Shown here piece by piece: positions 37,184 through 39,246 of a DNA stretch of 39,246 nt (position 1 is the first letter of the stretch; every line of letters begins with the position of its first letter). The notes under the pieces were generated by a model, which was not told the DNA's origin, searched no databases, and saw only the letters and a program-made list of their open reading frames with translations. The position numbers and the translations under genes are program-made. The stretch comes from an uncultured Clostridia bacterium (GTDB lineage: Bacteria; Bacillota; Clostridia; Christensenellales; UBA1242), in the NCBI GenBank assembly GCA_949878595.1, contig CATLBG010000003.1, forward strand, positions 1 through 39,246, given 5' to 3'.

Positions 37184-37243
37184 AAAACGCAATTTTAAGT
37201 GCTATGTGACGCATAACACCGCATATTTTCGGGATTTATAAAG
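37184..37243 (+). repeat. dispersed intergenic element, copy C
   Basis: AAAACGCAATTTTAAGTGCTATGTGACGCATAACACCGCATATTTTCGGGATTTATAAAG. Confidence 0.65.
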
Positions 37244-37277
37244 ATTATAACTAAATAATATGAATTTATGTAAACCT

Positions 37278-37457
37278 CTATTCGGCTTAAAAGCATTATA
37301 GTTTTTTAAGGTTGAGACCCTTCGACTTTGCTCAGGGTGACATATATTTTTCTGTCATTCTGAGCAGCCATGTAATGGCGTCGTCGAAGAATCTATTCCG
37401 CCTTAAAACTAATATCTTTTTTAGCGGTTGAGATGTTTCGACAAGCTCAACATGACA
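37278..37457. repeat. BIME-like cluster of alternating REP-like hairpins
   Basis: Forward 37314-37342, reverse 37353-37394, forward 37430-37457; duplicated linker CTATTC..CTTAAAA...TTTTTTA..GGTTGAGA. Confidence 0.8.
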
Positions 37458-37468
37458 ATATATGGTGA

Positions 37469-39244
37469 CTATATGCAATAGCCGAAACAAACCCCATAAG
37501 AGTAACTAGCACTAACGCTGGTGATGGCGCCGCTGCTAAGGACAATTAGGAAGGTATTAATGCTATTCATATAAGGCGAACGAAGCCACCAGTAAGTAGC
37601 ACTTCCTGCTCCATTAGACAACTTTTTAACCAAACTAGTGCAACTACTATTTGCTGTTTGGTCTCCTATTAAGTTCCTATAATACTCATATTGGGTTCCT
37701 TCACTTTTATATACTGCTTTATGTTCTGTAGTCCAACTAGTCCAGCTTATATTATCTATTCCTGTACCCGACCAAATCTCTGCAGGGCTAAACAACCACA
37801 GCTTGTCAGATGAGGTCGTTATATTTGTTGAGGTTTCTCCTGCACTGGCATCCTTATTTACTGCTTTTATTACAGATTTTAAATCATCTGGAAGTTTATT
37901 GTAATAGTCATTTAGTGTGGTTCTCATTGCACTTGCTTCCCAACCACCTGCGTTTGTAGGTGATGTGTTCATTTTTGCAAATGATTTAGCTAAATGCTTC
38001 ATTCCTATGCTCATTTTTGCCTTTCCACCACTGGTTAGGTTATCATGGTTAAAGCCAAGAATAACTACTGTTAAAACTTCGCCGTCAGTTAAGGTTATAT
38101 CTTTTTCATCTCCTACACTAAACACAGTTGCTGCATCCCCTGCCTGAGCTACTTCATTTATATCTGACCAAGATGAGCTTGCAAAGGTTATTTGTTCGCC
38201 TTTTTCCCATGCTGTGGTTGTATCTGAACTTAAGCTTAATGCTATATCTCCATTTACTGTGAACGTTCTTCCACTTGCTAGGCTTGTTCCATTGGCTGAC
38301 AATATGTTTGTTGTGGTTGCCTTTTCTGACCACTTAAAACCATTCTCTATTTTTGTATTGCCTGTTAGTCTATGAGTACTCTCTGTATAGGTAAAGGTTA
38401 GCACATCTCCCCAGTAAATTACTGAGTCATTAGTTAATGTTTCGCTTCCTCGTTTTACTGTTACGCCCTCTGGGATAACTCCCAAGCTATACTGAACTTT
38501 TTCGCCTCTCTCCCATGCTGTGCTTGTTGTATTAGATAAAACTAAACTTATATCAGATTTTACTGTTACACTTGTTCCACTAGCTTGGGTTTTTCCGTTT
38601 GCTGTTAAACTATAGGTTGTTGTCTCTACCTCTCTATAGTGATATCCACTTTCCTCTTTAGTGCTCCCTGTATCCATGCTGCTAGTTTCTTCATAAGTAA
38701 AGGTTAGCTCGTCTCCCCAGTATATGGTTGAATTGCTAGATAGCACTTCTCCCCCTCTTCTAACTGTCACTCCGCTTGGAATGCTGCCTAAAGTATAAGC
38801 AAGTTTGCTTTCTGTGTATTCTATTGTTAAATCTCCTTTAACAACATACACTCCGCCAACTAGCTCTGCTCCGTCTACTGCAAAGGTCTCCTTATGGTGT
38901 CCCTCACTCTCTACATATGAAATTGTTAACTGGTCGCCATAGTATATGGCTTCGTTGCTGCTTAATGTGTGGCCATTTCTGGTTACTGTTACTTGTGTTG
39001 GAATTTGTCCTATGCTATATTCACTTGCTGCTTCGTTATAGGTTATACTTAAATCGCCATTGCCTGTGAGTTCAATTTCGTAATATACTTGTCCATTCTC
39101 TTCATGGCGATAGTGTTCTGTTAACAGGTCTATTGTATCTTCTGTTCCTACTTTTACCTTAAACTCGGTTATGTCTTTTCCTAATGGCTGGGTTGCCCTT
39201 ACTACTATGCTTGAGCCATAGTGATATGTGCTATCTAAGGTTAC
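37469..39244 (-). CDS. 5'-truncated modular surface protein, paralog of 3204..6038, ending in a DUF6273/CLec-like domain
   Basis: Frame stays open from the window edge (VTLDSTYHYGSSI...YYEIELTGNGDL...ESEGHHK); two 306-bp stalk repeats; tip SWSDI..VILGFNHD..NAGGW..DKLWLFS..EI..WWLRSP..GVCFGYCI. Confidence 0.88.
   Translation of the reverse strand, partial: VTLDSTYHYGSSIVVRATQPLGKDITEFKVKVGTEDTIDLLTEHYRHEENGQVYYEIELTGNGDLSITYNEAASEYSIGQIPTQVTVTRNGHTLSSNEAIYYGDQLTISYVESEGHHKETFAVDGAELVGGVYVVKGDLTIEYTESKLAYTLGSIPSGVTVRRGGEVLSSNSTIYWGDELTFTYEETSSMDTGSTKEESGYHYREVETTTYSLTANGKTQASGTSVTVKSDISLVLSNTTSTAWERGEKVQYSLGVIPEGVTVKRGSETLTNDSVIYWGDVLTFTYTESTHRLTGNTKIENGFKWSEKATTTNILSANGTSLASGRTFTVNGDIALSLSSDTTTAWEKGEQITFASSSWSDINEVAQAGDAATVFSVGDEKDITLTDGEVLTVVILGFNHDNLTSGGKAKMSIGMKHLAKSFAKMNTSPTNAGGWEASAMRTTLNDYYNKLPDDLKSVIKAVNKDASAGETSTNITTSSDKLWLFSPAEIWSGTGIDNISWTSWTTEHKAVYKSEGTQYEYYRNLIGDQTANSSCTSLVKKLSNGAGSATYWWLRSPYMNSINTFLIVLSSGAITSVSASYSYGVCFGYCI
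37472..37600 (-). other. putative DGR variable region (VR)
   Basis: Adenine-free codons for invariant residues (TGG TGG CTT CGT TCG CCT; GGG GTT TGT TTC GGC) and 30 of 33 codons ending in C/T after WWLRSP. Confidence 0.7.
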
Positions 39245-39246
39245 TG

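Noticed and set aside
37278-37457. Repeat cluster as a CRISPR array
   Set aside because: Copies alternate in orientation, differ in stem sequence, have related linkers rather than unique spacers, and no cas genes are present
1635-38147. The many 60-140 aa ORFs antisense to or nested within long genes (e.g. 14032..14466, 17944..18306, 11617..11967)
   Set aside because: No SD or family motifs; compositions mirror the opposite-strand gene, as expected for shadow ORFs
38849-38851. ORF-track GTG start of the last gene
   Set aside because: The frame is open to the window edge and collinear with the paralog at 3204..6038, so the true start lies outside the window
37469-39246. Prophage tail-fibre interpretation of the DUF6273-like gene
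   Set aside because: No phage genes in the window and the stalk is paralogous to a signal-anchored chromosomal surface protein; sequence beyond the window edge could not be examined

Overview
AT-rich chromosomal segment of a spore-forming, fermentative, probably uncultured gut Clostridia-like bacterium; most genes are on the minus strand. Core genes: veg, a SPOCS-LysM coat morphogenetic gene, acpP, an HtrA-like protease, ung, rplM-rpsI, truA, PFOR, rubrerythrin, a patatin, a ComEC-type MBL hydrolase, yjjG-pnuC, metK with a SAM-I riboswitch, xth and glgB-glgA. Orphan ORFs are scattered between them. The main finding is a pair of paralogous modular surface proteins (3204-6038 and 37469->39246). 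They share a collinear stalk with 306-bp repeats but end in different tips: a BspA-type LRR in one, and a DUF6273/C-type-lectin-like domain in the other. The last ~130 nt of the second gene carries the codon signature of a diversity-generating-retroelement (DGR) variable region. I found no reverse transcriptase or template repeat in the window, so it would be a remote target. Three unannotated intergenic families were also seen: a REP-like hairpin family with covarying stems (7-8 copies, one 11 nt after the putative variable region), a ~50-65-bp element in 3 co-oriented copies, and two G-rich promoter-terminator mini-units that look like an sRNA family. Several proteins look like pseudo-enzymes (a Rho-like and an AroK-like protein without P-loops, and a GlgA lacking K15/R300 equivalents). 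No tRNA, rRNA, CRISPR array or transposase was seen. All family calls come from motif recognition by eye, not from database searches.
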